DNA of 54,911 nucleotides from assembly GCF_001194135.2 (NCBI RefSeq), contig NC_068984.1:51862673-51917583 (forward strand). The letters are read 5' to 3'. Source of the stretch: Octopus bimaculoides (taxonomy: Eukaryota). How positions within the stretch are numbered: position 1 is the first letter of the stretch; every line of letters begins with the position of its first letter. Both the position numbers and the translations under genes were made by a program. This document shows positions 1 to 12,998 of the stretch, piece after piece. The notes under the pieces were generated by a model. It saw nothing but the letters and a program-made list of their open reading frames with translations. It did no database searches and was not told the origin of the DNA.

Positions 1-209
1 TATATATATATATATATATATATATATGTAAGTAGAGTCAGCGGTTATAATAACTGATTAAGGAATAAACTATCCATATATACTATTAGTATATGTCACA
101 TAAATGTTATGTCATGTTTTCTATTAAATAATAAGCTATAAATGTGGTCCAATTGATGTGCTTGTTGATCTGAGGTTTTCTCCATTTTCTGATTATTTGT
201 ATATAAATA

Positions 210-409
210 TAGGGTGGCCCAAAAGTAGGTTTACAGTTATCACGTAGGCACTAAAAAATTTTATTACATTTAAATTACTATCTTACAATTAACTAAATTA
301 GCATAGAATAATGGTTTCATATTTTTTTTATAATTAAGATCTAAACTGTTAATATATGAATACGAAAGAGCTTGTTGAATAACTGTAAACCTACTTTTGG
401 GCCACCCTG
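210..409. mobile_element. Tc1/mariner-type MITE, 200 bp
   Basis: ~30-bp TIRs (C/T)AGGGTGGCCCAAAAGTAGGTTTACAGTTA; TA on both sides. Confidence 0.88.
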
Positions 410-1376
410 TATGTATATATATATATATATATATATACGAGAGGCTTCTTTCAGTTTCTATCTATCAAATCAACTCACAAAGCTTTGTATAGTAGAAAGC
501 ACTTGCCCAAGGTGCCACACAGTGGGACTAAACCCAGGACCATGTGGTTGCGAAGCCAACTTCTTATCACACAGCCATTCAAATATGAATGAGAAGCAGC
601 TTGAGATACATAACCCAAATCAAACTAAACTCACATACAAAAGGTGGGTGTATTGTTAGCTCATGGGGTTGGCTGTTTTAGGCGTAAGAGAATATATTCT
701 CAGTGCACCTAATGTATGTGTGTGTCTCTTTGTATCCATGTCAGCCTCTGCCCCTCCACTTAGCAATTGCTGTTAGTTTGCTTGTGTCCCTGTAACCTAG
801 CAGTTTGCCAAGAGACTGATAGAATAAGTACTAGATTTAAAAAAAATAAGTATTCAGGTTGATGTATTCAACTAAAAGCCTTCAAGGCAGTACCACAATT
901 TGGCCACAGTCCAATGATTGAAACAAATTATAGATGAAAAAAGATTATTCACAATATCACATTGTTTTCTTTTAAATGTTCCATATTATTTACAAGTATA
1001 TATTATATGCTATTCTGATATTTTATATTCTATCTTGATATCCTAAGACCAAGCATTGGTGCAGGTGCTGATGCCATGTGAAAAGCACCCAGTACGCTCT
1101 GTAAAGTGGTTTGCATTAAGAAGGGCATACAGCTGTGGAAACCAAGCCAAAACAGACTATGGGACCTGGTGTGACCCCTGACCTTGACAGTTCCAGTGAA
1201 GCTGTCCAACCCTGCCAGCATAGAAAACAAACATTGTTGATAATAATGATGATAATGATGAATATGATTTTTTTTGTTTTTTACAAAATCAAAATTAATT
1301 TCATTTCTTAGTCTCAGAACTTGCATTGATAAACAACACTTACTACTTACAATCCACAAACTACAATCTTGGTATA

Positions 1377-1598
1377 TGAGTGGGGTTACTGAAAAGTTGT
1401 TGGCCTTAGGTAAAAGAAAATATATGAGGATCAGATAATTATGATTTTATTGAACATATTCCTCTCTCAGGTTGATTCACACACTTATTGCAGTGATCCT
1501 TCATTTTTACTAAGCCCTGTAAAAGAACTCAGAAGGCTGGGCCTCCAACCAAGCCTTTTGCAATACCCTTAAAACCAGGAACTTTTCAACATTCCTTG
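1377..1598 (-). mobile_element. Mariner-like MITE (older copy)
   Basis: Degenerate TIRs ..GAAAAGTT/AACTTTTC.. with TA flanks; reverse complement of the copy at 18054. Confidence 0.75.
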
Positions 1599-1684
1599 TA
1601 TATTTTTCATTTACGTTTGTAAATTTTCAGGTTTGCCAATAGTCAATGCTGTTCATAGATATTTATTTGTTGTTTTAATTTCAG

Positions 1685-1782
1685 GATAACTCTGTTAGTA
1701 TAAATATTATGTCCAACATAGGAGGAGTGATCTCCATTTTGGCTGTTTTCCTCACATTCATATGTTATATAATACTTTGGAG
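1685..1782 (+). CDS. Adhesion GPCR exon A (TM1): DNSVSINIMSNIGGVISILAVFLTFICYIILW(R)
   Basis: TTTCAG acceptor and AG|GTAAG donor; open hydrophobic frame; phase 0 to 2, joins in frame to 4931. Confidence 0.85.
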
Positions 1783-1795
1783 GTAAGTTTTTTTA

Positions 1796-1884
1796 TCCTC
1801 CTCCTCCTCCTCCTCATCATCATCATCATCATTATCATTACCACCACCACCACCACCACCACCATCATAATCATCATCATCATT
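1796..1884. repeat. Compound trinucleotide microsatellite (CCT)n(CAT)n(CAC)n(CAT)n
   Basis: Read directly; starts 13 nt after the exon A donor. Confidence 0.9.
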
Positions 1885-2691
1885 AAAATCGTTCATCAAT
1901 TTTTCCTTGTTGGCATGAGTTGAACAAATTCAAATGTAATATCTACAGTGCATGATGAATCTCTCCTTGGACTCAATTTATCTATAAAGCCATGTTTGGT
2001 GATTCGTAGAATTCTTCAAGGACTAATAGTTCTAGCTCCAAAATTATCAAATTTTGTTAATGAATTAAATATAAGTTTCAAACAAGCTGGTTTGTAGTTA
2101 AGTAATTCAGCCTGCTGTATATTTGTGAGCATATACTGTAAGTTGTAGCTACATGTTAGTACAATTATGCTTTGCTAACAAATGGCAATTTCGGTGAAGG
2201 AAGAGAATGTTCAGCATTTCACAAATTTGCCACAAAAGTCATCGAAAGTTTACCAAAGAATGCTGATGTTTTCCTTTTGTAATTTTTGTGAGTTTGTAAA
2301 TTATTTACAAATTTGAATATGAACTTAAGTGAACTGTTATAATTGGATAAGAGTTGTTATATCAGTTTCAAGTTTTGACACAAGGCCAGTAATTTGTGGG
2401 GAGGGGATAAGTCGATTATATCAATTCTAGTGTTCAACTGGTACTTATTTTATCAATCCCAAACAGATGAAAGGCAAAGTTGACCTTGGTGGAATTTGAA
2501 CTCAGAACGTAAAAACGGGTGAAATGCTGGTAAGCATTTTGCCCAATGTACTTAATGATTCTGCCAGCTCGCTGCCTTAATAAGTGTTGATATACTGAAA
2601 CAAGAATACAAATGGAATCTTTTAAAAATCTTTTTTTAAGTTATAGCTTATAGATTTGATTGTGAAATATATTTGTGTATTAAACATGGAT

Positions 2692-3090
2692 ACATTAGCA
2701 GTTATGGCTGTGTGGAAGAAGTTGCTTCCTAACCATATGAGTCTTGGTTCAGTTCCATTATGAAGCAGCATGGACAAATGTCTTCTTCTATAGCCTTGGG
2801 TTAACCAAAGTCTTGTGAGTGGATTTGGTAGATGGAAACTGAAAGAAGCCCATTGTGTGTGTGTGTGTTTGTGTGTATCTTTGTGCCTGTGTTTGTGTCC
2901 CACTACCATTTGAAAACTGGTATTGATGTGTTTATGTCCCCACAGCTGTTCAATAAAAGAAACTGATATGATGGGTACCAGGCTTAAAAGAAATAAGTCC
3001 TGGGGTTAATTCATTCAACTAAAATTCCTTAGGGCAGTGATCCAGCATGATCACAATTTAATGACTGAAACAAGTAAAAGATAGAAAATG
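2692..3090 (+). mobile_element. tRNA-derived SINE family B (head - microsatellite - AAGAGTAA tail)
   Basis: GGCTGTGTGG A-box, GTTCAGTTCC B-box-like, shared body with the other family-B copies. Confidence 0.8.
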
Positions 3091-3550
3091 ACAGAAAATT
3101 GCACATGTTTTTAAATAGAACTAATATAACTTCACAAACAAAAATATAATAAAAAGAACCTGAAAAAAAAACATGATAAAAGCCTTTGACATACCTATAC
3201 CAAACAAACTTAATTATCAGATGGCTCATGGCTCAGTGGTTAGAGCATTGGACTCATACTCATGAGGCAGTGAGTTTGATTCCTGAACTGGACTATGTGT
3301 TATGTTCTTCAGCAAGACACTTTATTTCATGTTGCTCCAGTTCACTCAGCTGTAGAAATGAGTTGCAACATCACTGGTGCTAAGCTGCATTGGCCTTTGC
3401 CTTTCCCTACAATGCTTGGAATTTTGTGCCCATCCCTTGCTTGTTTGTTACAAACACTCCAACTTAAATTTCAATATGGAAAAATGTGTATTAAGCTCGA
3501 TCTTTTTTTTTTTTGCATGGATAAATATGAAGTTTCAAATGTGTCTTTAA

Positions 3551-3770
3551 GTCTTTAGCATTCAGATTATTTTATCAAATATAATGTTTATTTATTCACC
3601 TTGTTTAGAATTAATCATGTTTTATTTTATAGCTTTGAGATTTCGATAATGTGGTTATTTATTTTTGGAATGACATTGCAGTATAAGTGTGAGAGGCTGG
3701 ATCTGGTCAGTTTGATCTTAAAACCGGGAGAATATTTGGGCCTGATTTGGCTTGTTTAAATGCTAAAGGG
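3551..3770 (+). mobile_element. piggyBac-like MITE family 1
   Basis: CTTTAGCATT..AATGCTAAAGGG termini at a TTAA-like site; homologous to 12490 and 49435. Confidence 0.7.
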
Positions 3771-4559
3771 ATAAGATGAAGAAAGCAATTTTAGAAATTT
3801 TGTTCAATATTCCTTTCCTTCACTGAACATATCAAAATGTTCGCTTATATTTAGAACAATCTCTAATGTTATGTAATGTGAGAACAGAGTCTCTCTTCTA
3901 ATTTATGTGTTTTTGTGACTTTACAATACAAGCATTTTTAAAAATATTTTATTTCTTTTTTAGTTTTGTAAGTTATTATTAACTATAAATTCGGTGAGAT
4001 TCTACAAACATTTAATTAAAGGAAAAGTTTAACAACTGAGTACTTTTCTTATCAACATTTATTCAGTTTGCTAATTTTCACACATCTTTTATGTTTAAAA
4101 CAAACAGTTACTGTATCAAATGTAACTGTTTATTTTTGAGGAGATTGATTCACTATTTCATTGTGGTCTCACATCTTAAACCAGCCATGGGCAAACTGTG
4201 GTCTGCAGGACTTCATGAACAGCATGCCATTGAAAAATTACCTTGAATTTTTTTAGTAGTGTTGCCTATCTGATGATGAGCCATGTCTCATGCAAGCAGT
4301 TTCTTGTAAAATATTGCCCATGTCTGTCTTAAGGTATTGAGAGCGCTGCTATTATGACATAACGAGGACTTAAATCAGCATTGTCATATTGCTTTACAGA
4401 TGCTGAATGCCAACAGTATCAAATTCACCAATTTGAAGGGACCTCAGAAGGTTACAGGCATTACTTCTTCTTTTAATAATTTATTAAGAAAGAAAAGACA
4501 ATAATAAATATTATAATAGAAATTAGAATGTGCAGAATGCAAACCACTAGTCATAGTAG

Positions 4560-4880
4560 GAAAGAAACCCAGTTTAAAACATTGCAACCTCTTGAAGTGG
4601 TCTTTGTGGTTGAGTGATAAAATCGCCCAAAGATTCCGAGTTCAAATCTCACTAAAGGCAGCATTTTAAAAACAGCAGGAGGACACCCAAGTGTCATAAC
4701 CTAGGTAGGTCCATCTCCCTTAGAGTGTTAGGAACAAACAGGCTGAAACACTTGTTTGTTGAGAGATCTTCCTTTGAAAATTTCTCCTGCTGTCTGCTCA
4801 CCCCATAGCAAAGTTTCCACTTGCTACAGAATAAATACATTTATCATTCAACTCTTCAAAATCCTTTGATATATCTTAAT
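4560..4880 (+). mobile_element. Old repeat related to the Penelope-associated tRNA-like terminus
   Basis: Shares AAGATTCCGAGTTC (B-box region) with the 50.9-kb element; otherwise diverged. Confidence 0.3.
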
Positions 4881-4930
4881 TTAAATCAATTACAAAAGCC
4901 TGATATTTAAAAAAAAAATTTCTCTTTCAG

Positions 4931-5048
4931 ACATGTTACAACAACCACTTTGAACAAATCGAGAGCCATTATTTTGATGAATCTATGTGTGTCAATGTTT
5001 ATAGCAAACTTGTTGTTTCTGTTGAGCGATCATCTTAAAAGTTATAAG
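4931..5048 (+). CDS. Adhesion GPCR exon B (ICL1-TM2): HVTTTTLNKSRAIILMNLCVSMFIANLLFLLSDHLKSYK
   Basis: CTCTTTCAG acceptor, AAG|GTATAT donor; family-B 'NLC.S' TM2 motif; phase 2 to 0. Confidence 0.9.
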
Positions 5049-5191
5049 GTATATACAGTTTTTATCAGAGCCATTATATTTTCCCTATTTGATTATAATT
5101 ACAATATTTAACTCTATTGTTCATTATTTAAATATTTTATAAACTATATTCTCTACTACTCTGCAATAGTTAAATGCAATAAGGACTTGTC

Positions 5192-5253
<62 letters not shown>

Positions 5254-6069
5254 ATGTATATATTGTCATTACAATTCTATCTAAATATTCTCACTAATAT
5301 CTGTTGATCTTTCTTGTACATAAATACATAACTATTATCTATTTGTCTGCCTCCCTATCCATCCATAGATACATGCCTATGTGCATATATGTATATACAT
5401 ATGTATATGTGTATATAGTATATCTTGTGTGACTGCTACTCCTAAGTTCAGAGCTCACTGTAGATTATCATCAACTAGTCTGCTTCCAGTACAGTGGTTA
5501 AGCTACTAGTATACTTGGTAGTATTATAATACTACTAGTTATGATATACAGAGCAAATGTAGAAGAAATTACAATACATATAAGTTTATATTATTAGTTC
5601 TTACATACATTTCACTCTGTTTATGTTATCAATTCACTATGTATGTTTGGAACTCTGCAGAGTTCCAAACACCCACAATAGTGAAACATACATTAGAACA
5701 AATAATATAAACTTTAAATTTGTGTTTATCATAATTTCTCCATATGTATGTATATATTGGATTAGACTGGATTGTCTATGTTCAGTCCACTGCAGTACAA
5801 AAGCCTCAGCATGTTTTCTCCACTAATCACTGTCTGATGTGCATGCCATGAATCTGAGCTTGAGATCATACTTAATGTTTAATGATGACGATGATGATGA
5901 TACATATACATGTATATACTCATATATATAAATAGATATAAACATACATATATATATGTACACTCATACACACACATAAAATTTGCACATATAGATATAT
6001 ACTTAGTGTACATGCATACCGATAAAATACATACATATATATATGTACATATGTACATATATGATGTCT

Positions 6070-6530
6070 GTCCACTTGTGACCAAGAAAGACCATCACTG
6101 ACCATTAAAAACATTGTGCATTCAAACAGATTTAGACTATACTTGTGGCTCCACTGGTGACTAATGAGCTCAGCTATGGATAAACATACATGTCTTTGAA
6201 AACATCCACTCATTCCTTTATTTGTTTCCTCCATTGGTGGTGATGACAAGCATTGCTTTCCCAATTGATGTTCCATATTTCATATGCCTTCAACAAGGAC
6301 TTTATACAGTCCTTAAATCATAGTCTTGGTTACCGCTGGAGGTGCTTTCCACAAACAAATTCACCATAAAACACCTGATTACGGATGCTCCAATCAGACA
6401 TCTGAACAAGGTGTCCTGTCCAATGTAAACAGTGCTTATGCACTTTTGCTTCAATGTTTGGGACATTGGCTCTCCCTCAAGATCTCTGTGTCTGAAGTCT
6501 GCAAGGACCAGCCAACATTCAGAATGCGTT
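6070..6530 (-). mobile_element. Degenerate RTE (BovB-like) LINE ORF C-terminal fragment
   Basis: Minus strand reads DTEILRRANVPNIEAK..LHWTGHLVQM.D..IRNQVFYGE..GK...PRL.FKDCIK with stops and frameshifts. Confidence 0.75.
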
Positions 6531-6911
6531 TTTTTTCTTTTTAATCAATGCACTGCTGAAAAACAACATGCATGCATGCACATACACGTATGTGTTAGAC
6601 TTAATCCACTACCTAGATTACCACCACCACCCAATCCTCATATGTTTTTAGCTGATTCAATTCTGTTACAAGCATTTGGGCCATGTCTTTGATCTGAGAA
6701 TAACCTCCTCCCAGCAATCTCAGAGGTCTTAAAATCTGTTAAGTGTTTTACCTTTCCTTCTTTGACTAAGCAATAATAAAAATGATAAATAAGTCTTCTT
6801 TTTCATGAAATATCTATCCAATCTATAAATCCTGTAAAAAGCATCACATATGTTTTAAAACAATTTTTAGAATAATTCAGAGTTAATGTGTCAATCATTT
6901 TTATCTTACAG

Positions 6912-7059
6912 ATCACATGCACAGTGACATCCATCCTGTTACATTTCTTTTATCTCACTGTGTTCTTCACTATGTTTGTGGAAGGAATTGATATTTTCGT
7001 CACAATTGTTTTCGTCTTTTCAAAGATAGATGTAAAGAAACTTATTTTGGTTGCTTGGG
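6912..7059 (+). CDS. Adhesion GPCR exon C (TM3-TM4 start): ITCTVTSILLHFFYLTVFFTMFVEGIDIFVTIVFVFSKIDVKKLILVAW(G)
   Basis: TTACAG acceptor, G|GTAATT donor; conserved C..LLH.F.L..F..M..EG and W-G motifs; lies within ORF 6888..7115. Confidence 0.92.
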
Positions 7060-7609
7060 GTAATTTAACATATTTTTTTTTATTACCATTGCTATTTTTT
7101 TTATATTATCATTAACATATATTTATTAGGTTTTTTTTAAAGTTAGATTTGTCTAGAAAGTGATATGATCTTCAATCTGTGTTGAAACTGTTGCAATTAC
7201 ATTTGCTATAACAATATTTCTGCTTCAGCAATTCAGCACTGAAACTGTCTGAAATGTAATGGAAAATTAGAGGTGACAAAAGCAAAGTTTGAAGGGATTA
7301 GTTGTCATGTCCTTTGATTTCTAGATAGAAACAAATCAGAAATAACACTTACTGACCAAAGACAGAATAAAATAAAAATTTTGAATATTGTTACACAGTG
7401 TTTTTGTAACACTTACAGGTGTTCCAAGGATATTAGCAAACAATTGAAACTCAGTAGCTTCACTTGGAATTAAGAACAGGGTTAATTAATGCACTTTCAT
7501 TCAGCAGCAATTTCCTTTCTTGAGATTCTGCATTTTTGTAAATATCATATCTTTTACAAAACTATTTTCTAATGAAAATAAATTAATTCCTTTGTTATTT
7601 TATCTTTAG

Positions 7610-7676
7610 GTTTACCAGCAATAATTGTAGCAATATCAGCAGGTGTGACTCGGTTACATGGCTATGGAGAAGATCA
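7610..7676 (+). CDS. Adhesion GPCR exon D (TM4-ECL2): (G)LPAIIVAISAGVTRLHGYGED(H)
   Basis: TCTTTAG acceptor, CA|GTAAGT donor; G.P.IIV.IS and YG motifs; 67-nt exon, phase 1 to 2. Confidence 0.92.
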
Positions 7677-7894
7677 GTAAGTAGAAACCTTTTTTAATAT
7701 ATTTCTGGATTTTATTTCTTGATCATCTTCAATACTTGTCTTATCAGATGATCCATTACTCTTCCATTTGTATGTCAGCATTGAGTACTTTAATTCATCT
7801 TATTTGAAGTAAATGCCATGTAGCAAATATCACATTGTATTTCTTTAAGGCTTTTCCAGAGGGCAAATTGTATGTTTTATTTTTTATATGTTAC

Positions 7895-8089
7895 TAGTTT
7901 CAGTCATTAGACTGTGGTCATGCTGGGGCACCACCTTGATGCATTTTAGTTGAGTGGATCAACCCCAGTCCTTTTTTTTAAGCCTGGTACATATTCTATT
8001 GGTCCCTTTTTCTGAACCACTGAGTTACAGAGACGTTAACATACCAACACTGATTGTCAAGCAGTGGTGAGGGACAAACACAAAGACAT

Positions 8090-8146
<57 letters not shown>

Positions 8147-8570
8147 CTTAATGAATTCAATAATAGGATAAAATCTTTTACAAGAACTTATCAAGTAGCT
8201 AGCATGAAAAAAACTTCATAAGGGAAAACATCCATCCAATTCTTCCCTAGAGTATAATTATTTATATTTATATTTATATATATATAAGGGCATTTAAGAG
8301 GCTAATTTGGAGAGTTGCATTTTCCTCGCATTCGGTAAAAATGTGTTTATTATGGTAGTTTAGCGTGAGGCATTATTGTATAATAATGCCCTTATATACA
8401 CACACACACACACACACACACAATAAGCTTCTTTTAGTTTCTGTTTTCCAAATCCACTCACAAAGCTTTGGTTGGCCTGAGAAGACACTTGCCCAAGGTG
8501 TCATGCTGTGGGACTGAACCTGGAACCATGTGATTGGGAAGCAAACTTCTCACCTCACAGTTATGCATGT
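7895..8570 (-). mobile_element. SINE family B, interrupted
   Basis: Tail at 7895-8090, (CA)n, head at 8420-8570. Confidence 0.7.
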
Positions 8571-8800
8571 TGTGCAATAATTAGAAATTCTACTTTTGCT
8601 GGACAAATATTACCTCAGTGTTTCAGCAGAGGATCTTTTACAGCTGTTCAGCATGACTGTGTGGTAAGAAGCTTGCCTTCCAACCACATGGTTCAGGGAT
8701 CAGTTCCACTGTGTGGTACCTTTGGCAAGTGTCTTCTACTATAGTCTTGGGCTGACCAAAGCCTTGTCAGTGGATTTGGTAGATGGAAACTGAAAGAAGT

Positions 8801-9071
8801 NNNNNNNNNNNNNNNNNNNNNNNNNNNNNNNNNNNNNNNNNNNNNNNNNNNNNNNNNNNNNNNNNNNNNNNNNNNNNNNNNNNNNNNNNNNNNNNNNNNN
8901 NNNNNNNNNNNNNNNNNNNNNNNNNNNNNNNNNNNNNNNNNNNNNNNNNNNNNNNNNNNNNNNNNNNNNNNNNNNNNNNNNNNNNNNNNNNNNNNNNNNN
9001 NNNNNNNNNNNNNNNNNNNNNNNNNNNNNNNNNNNNNNNNNNNNNNNNNNNNNNNNNNNNNNNNNNNNNNN
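8801..9071. other. Assembly gap
   Basis: N run. Confidence 1.
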
Positions 9072-9311
9072 TTCTACGCCAATAAACTATTGTTTCTGAA
9101 AGTTGTTTTTTTTATACCTATCATGGACTGCTTGGAGCTTACTAACTTCCTACACCTAGACTCTTGGATCTTACAATTACATATCATTATATATAATTTC
9201 AGTTCAATCTGAAAGGATATAGTGAAGACCCTGAAGAAACTACGCTGGTATTATATCAAAGTTGCAAATGCAACTGTTACTAACCGATGTAGTGTTAATA
9301 CCAGGGGACTG

Positions 9312-9314
<3 letters not shown>

Positions 9315-9384
<70 letters not shown>
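9315..9384. repeat. (TA)n-(AAT)n compound microsatellite
   Basis: Read directly. Confidence 0.95.
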
Positions 9385-9385
<1 letters not shown>

Positions 9386-9441
9386 GGAGTATGATGAAGT
9401 AGCATTTCATGAATTCTAATTTACATTTTAAATACAGCTTA

Positions 9442-10130
9442 TTATTGACCTACATATGTTTCCACTACATTGGTTAGTAATAGTTGCATTTGCAACTTTG
9501 ATATAATACCAGCGTCCGAATCCATTGCGTCCACAAGGTGTTGGAGAGAGTTCCGAGTGTGAAGTGTCTTGAAGGCACAGATCATACCTTGATCCACAGG
9601 CTGGATGAGGGAGGTGATGTTAGCAGGGAAGAACTCGACTTTGACTCCCTCGTGATTCAAATCCAAAGAGTGGCCACCAGCATTATCAAGCAACACTTTG
9701 AATTCCATGCATACATTTTGGAAGTATTCCTTAGCTTGAGGGATGAAGCATTTGTAGAACCAATTCAAAGTTAGACTTTTGGTAATCCAGACCTTGGGGT
9801 TGTGCATCGAGTGGACAGGCAGCAGGTTTTTATTCTTATTTTTGAAGGTCTTCTGGTTTGCGGACTTGTAGATAAGTCCTGGTTTGATCATGAAGCCAGC
9901 AGCATTGCCACACATAATTAGCGTCTTTTTTGTCTTAAATCCTGGGTCTCTGGCATCATCCTTCATGGTGTACCTTCTGGGAGGCATCTTCTGCTACCTA
10001 CTGCAGCATAACTTTTACTTTCCTGGAGCATATCCAGCAGTTGTACCTTCTCATGGAACATAATGACCTTTTTCTGGTGCTTAGGTTCACTGCCAGAAGC
10101 CTTAGAAGGTGTAGGGTGTTTGGGTGGAAT
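9442..10130 (-). pseudogene. Internally deleted Tigger/pogo-family transposase
   Basis: N-terminal HTH (KKVIMFHEKVQLLDMLQESKSYAAVG) joined out of frame to the DDE_1 region (CGNAAG, NPKVW.T, LLDNAGGH, P.N.TSLIQP.DQG). Confidence 0.88.
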
Positions 10131-10539
10131 CTTAGGGCTTTAATAACATGCTCCAAAAAACACAGCACTCAACAAAACACTTGATATAGCTACTGGATGC
10201 AAATTTTCCCCCAAAAACGTACAAAAAATCTTCTTTGCATCTAAGTGTTGGTATATTCGTGAATAAGTCACTTACCGAAATAAGTGGATCTGTTGTTTAG
10301 GAAAATACTATTTACTTGTTTAAGGGTTGTACTGGATAAATTGCAAAAATAACTTTAACAGTTCAAATACTAAGAAATAAGCATATTCAATTTCATTTTT
10401 ACCAAATAATTTAGGAAAATGAATGGGTTATTTCCCTTGGCTATATATAAGGATCCTTTCCAGGGGCGAATGGGTTATTCCCCTTGGTTTTTAAAATAAA
10501 ATATATTAGATATATAAGGATCCCTTCCAAGGGCCCTAT

Positions 10540-10670
10540 TATCGATTTTTTCCACAATCTGAGTATGTCATGAGTTCTCACATGTCAAGTTTCATCAAGA
10601 TCGATAAAACGATGTAGGAGGAGTTAGATAACAACACCACAAACAATTTCTCACATATGTAGTAGATATA
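10540..10670 (+). mobile_element. Helentron/HINE-like 3' end
   Basis: AAGTTTCATCAAGATCG..GTAGGAGGAGTT..TAGTAGAT layout recognised by pattern only. Confidence 0.35.
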
Positions 10671-11065
10671 GGTGCAGGAGTGGCTGTGTGGGAAGAAGCT
10701 TGCTTCCCAATCATATGGTTCCGGGTTTAGTCCCACTGCATAGCATCTTGGGCAGATGTGTTCGAATGTGGCTAGATGGAAACTGAAAGAAGTCTGTTAT
10801 ATATATATATATATATATAGATATATGTATGTATGCGTGTGTGTGTTTGTATCTTTGCATGCGTTTGTTCCCTTCCACCACCTGACAACCAGATGTGTTT
10901 ATGTCCCTGTAACTTAGCAGTTTGGCAAAAAGAGTCTGATAGAATAAGCACCAGGCTTAACAAACAGTAACAATTCATTGTTAAGACAAAATGTCGATTC
11001 TTTAAGGCGGTGCTCCAGCATGGCTACAGCCTAATGACTGAAACAAATAAAAGGTAAAGGATAAA
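10671..11065 (+). mobile_element. SINE family B
   Basis: GGTGCAGGAGTGGCTGTGTGG head; internal deletion; tail present. Confidence 0.8.
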
Positions 11066-11205
11066 AAAAATATACCTTAATAAGAGAACTGCATCCATCA
11101 CACAGGATTGTCCACTTCTCTAATATATCAATGGACTAATATTATCATGTACCTTCAACACTTACTATATACATTCAATATATGTTAATGTGTTTAATAT
11201 TTCAG

Positions 11206-11272
11206 CTGTTGGTTGTCAGAGAAAAGTGGTTTAAAATGGGCTTTTATGGGACCAGCATTTTTCATTATTTTT
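11206..11272 (+). CDS. Adhesion GPCR exon E (ECL2-TM5): CWLSEKSGLKWAFMGPAFFIIF
   Basis: TTTCAG acceptor, GTAAGT donor; hallmark CWL and W.F.GP motifs; phase 2 to 0. Confidence 0.93.
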
Positions 11273-11433
11273 GTAAGTAAAGCTTCATCAATTCCATTAT
11301 AGACTAACAACCATTAATCCTTCCATGACCATATAATTAATGAAATACCTTGCTTATGACTTGTAGCGTTTTTTTTTAAATAATCAAGAATTTGAAGATA
11401 TTTAATAAAATAATTAACCCTTTTCATTTTTTC

Positions 11434-11467
<34 letters not shown>

Positions 11468-12152
11468 GGAGAGACTTCACACCAATGATTTACATAAGTT
11501 TGAAAATGTCAATTACTTAGCAGAGTTTTGCTTCTAGAGTGGAACAGATCTTTAACAAATGTACAGCATTCTAAAGTTTTAATTAGCTGAAAGAAAATAA
11601 TGAAGTTTGAAAGTGGTCACAATCAGAAGATAAATTATTCAGCTTAATGCTGGTAATCTAAAACTATGAACAGGGCTGGCACTAGGAAGTGCAGGGCCAA
11701 ATTATTAGTGGAGACCTCTACTCTACAAAAGCTGAAGATTGATGTTTTATGCTTTTTTTAGTTTGCCAGTCCCAGCCAAAAAGCATTGAGGGTTTGAGGC
11801 TCTACCATTAGCCACAATGATATACTAAAAATTCATCATAGTGTCTTTGTCTCAGGTGTGTGTGCAGTCTCCAGGTTGAAGAAACCTGTCTAATTGGCTA
11901 AAAACCACCCTGAATATGAGGAAAAATGCTATGTTAATGATCTGAACATGAAAACATTAAAATATATTTTCTTTACATGTTTCAATTAGGAATAACAGGC
12001 GCTGAACTTTCAGTCTTTCAACTGATATTTTGAAAGATATAGACCAAATGTGTAAACTCTATTTACATTGTTTATTAAGAACATTATGGCTTTTCATATT
12101 TCTCTTAATTGAAATTTAATCAATTTTCTTTATTTTTAAAATATTTTTGCAG

Positions 12153-12238
12153 ACCAATTTGGTAATAACATTAGTTGTTTTGAAAAACATGTTGAGAAAT
12201 AGTGAGATGATACAAAAACCTATAATGGAAAGGGCCAG
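12153..12238 (+). CDS. Adhesion GPCR exon F (TM5-ICL3): TNLVITLVVLKNMLRNSEMIQKPIMERA(R)
   Basis: TTTTTGCAG acceptor, AG|GTAAGA donor; phase 0 to 2 links exons E and G in frame. Confidence 0.88.
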
Positions 12239-12489
12239 GTAAGATATCATTTGTGTCTTTCTAAGTGAAATTTCAATGAAATCTAGGGAAATTTAAGATT
12301 TTTAAAAAAATCAAAAAAGACTTGGTTATAGAATGATAAATATATTTGAAAATAAAGGTAGACTGTTGTTTGGTAATTAATGGATTAAAATGGCAGCAGT
12401 CTTCTATCATCAGTTATGAAGAAGTTTCAATTTTTTTGTTAAAAAAATAGCTGTCAAATTGCTCTCAGAAATTTTTTTAATAATTCTAA

Positions 12490-12665
12490 CCTTTTAGCAT
12501 TCAGATTTCTTTGTCAAATATATTGTTTATTTATTCACTTTGTTTTGAATTAATTGTGCATTATCTTGTAGCTTTGAGATTCCAATGGTGCTTTTGTATA
12601 TTTTAATAATGACATTGTAAGGTAGGTGTGACAGACCAGATATGGTTGGATTAAATGCTAAAGGG
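12490..12665 (+). mobile_element. piggyBac-like MITE family 1
   Basis: Same TIRs and internal sequence as 3551. Confidence 0.7.
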
Positions 12666-12796
12666 TTTGGCACAAAACTAATACAACTAAGATCCAATTA
12701 ACTTCTGCAATCAGCTTTAAAGGTTTGATGTTGTAATAATATCACTTCTGTCTTTACCATTCACAAGCTAATTTGTAGCTCACACCTGTTGTTTAA

Positions 12797-12998
12797 CCCC
12801 TTTCATACCAAACCACATGAAACTGTCCTTGGTTTTATGATATAATGATCTCAGTTAAAACCTTCCATCCAAATTCCATGTTAATTTATGCATCAAACTC
12901 TGGCTTAATGATGACAAAATCAACTAAATTCTTCGTTATTTTCGAAATTAATTGAAACAAAGGCATTGCATTTCAACAGAAATATGGTAAAAAGCGGG
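12797..12998 (-). mobile_element. piggyBac-like MITE family 2
   Basis: TTAA|CCC..GGG|TTAA; reverse-complement homologue of 53977. Confidence 0.7.

Noticed and set aside
1631-1684. Upstream TTTTCAG acceptor extending GPCR exon A
   Set aside because: The in-frame extension hits TAG at its fourth codon.
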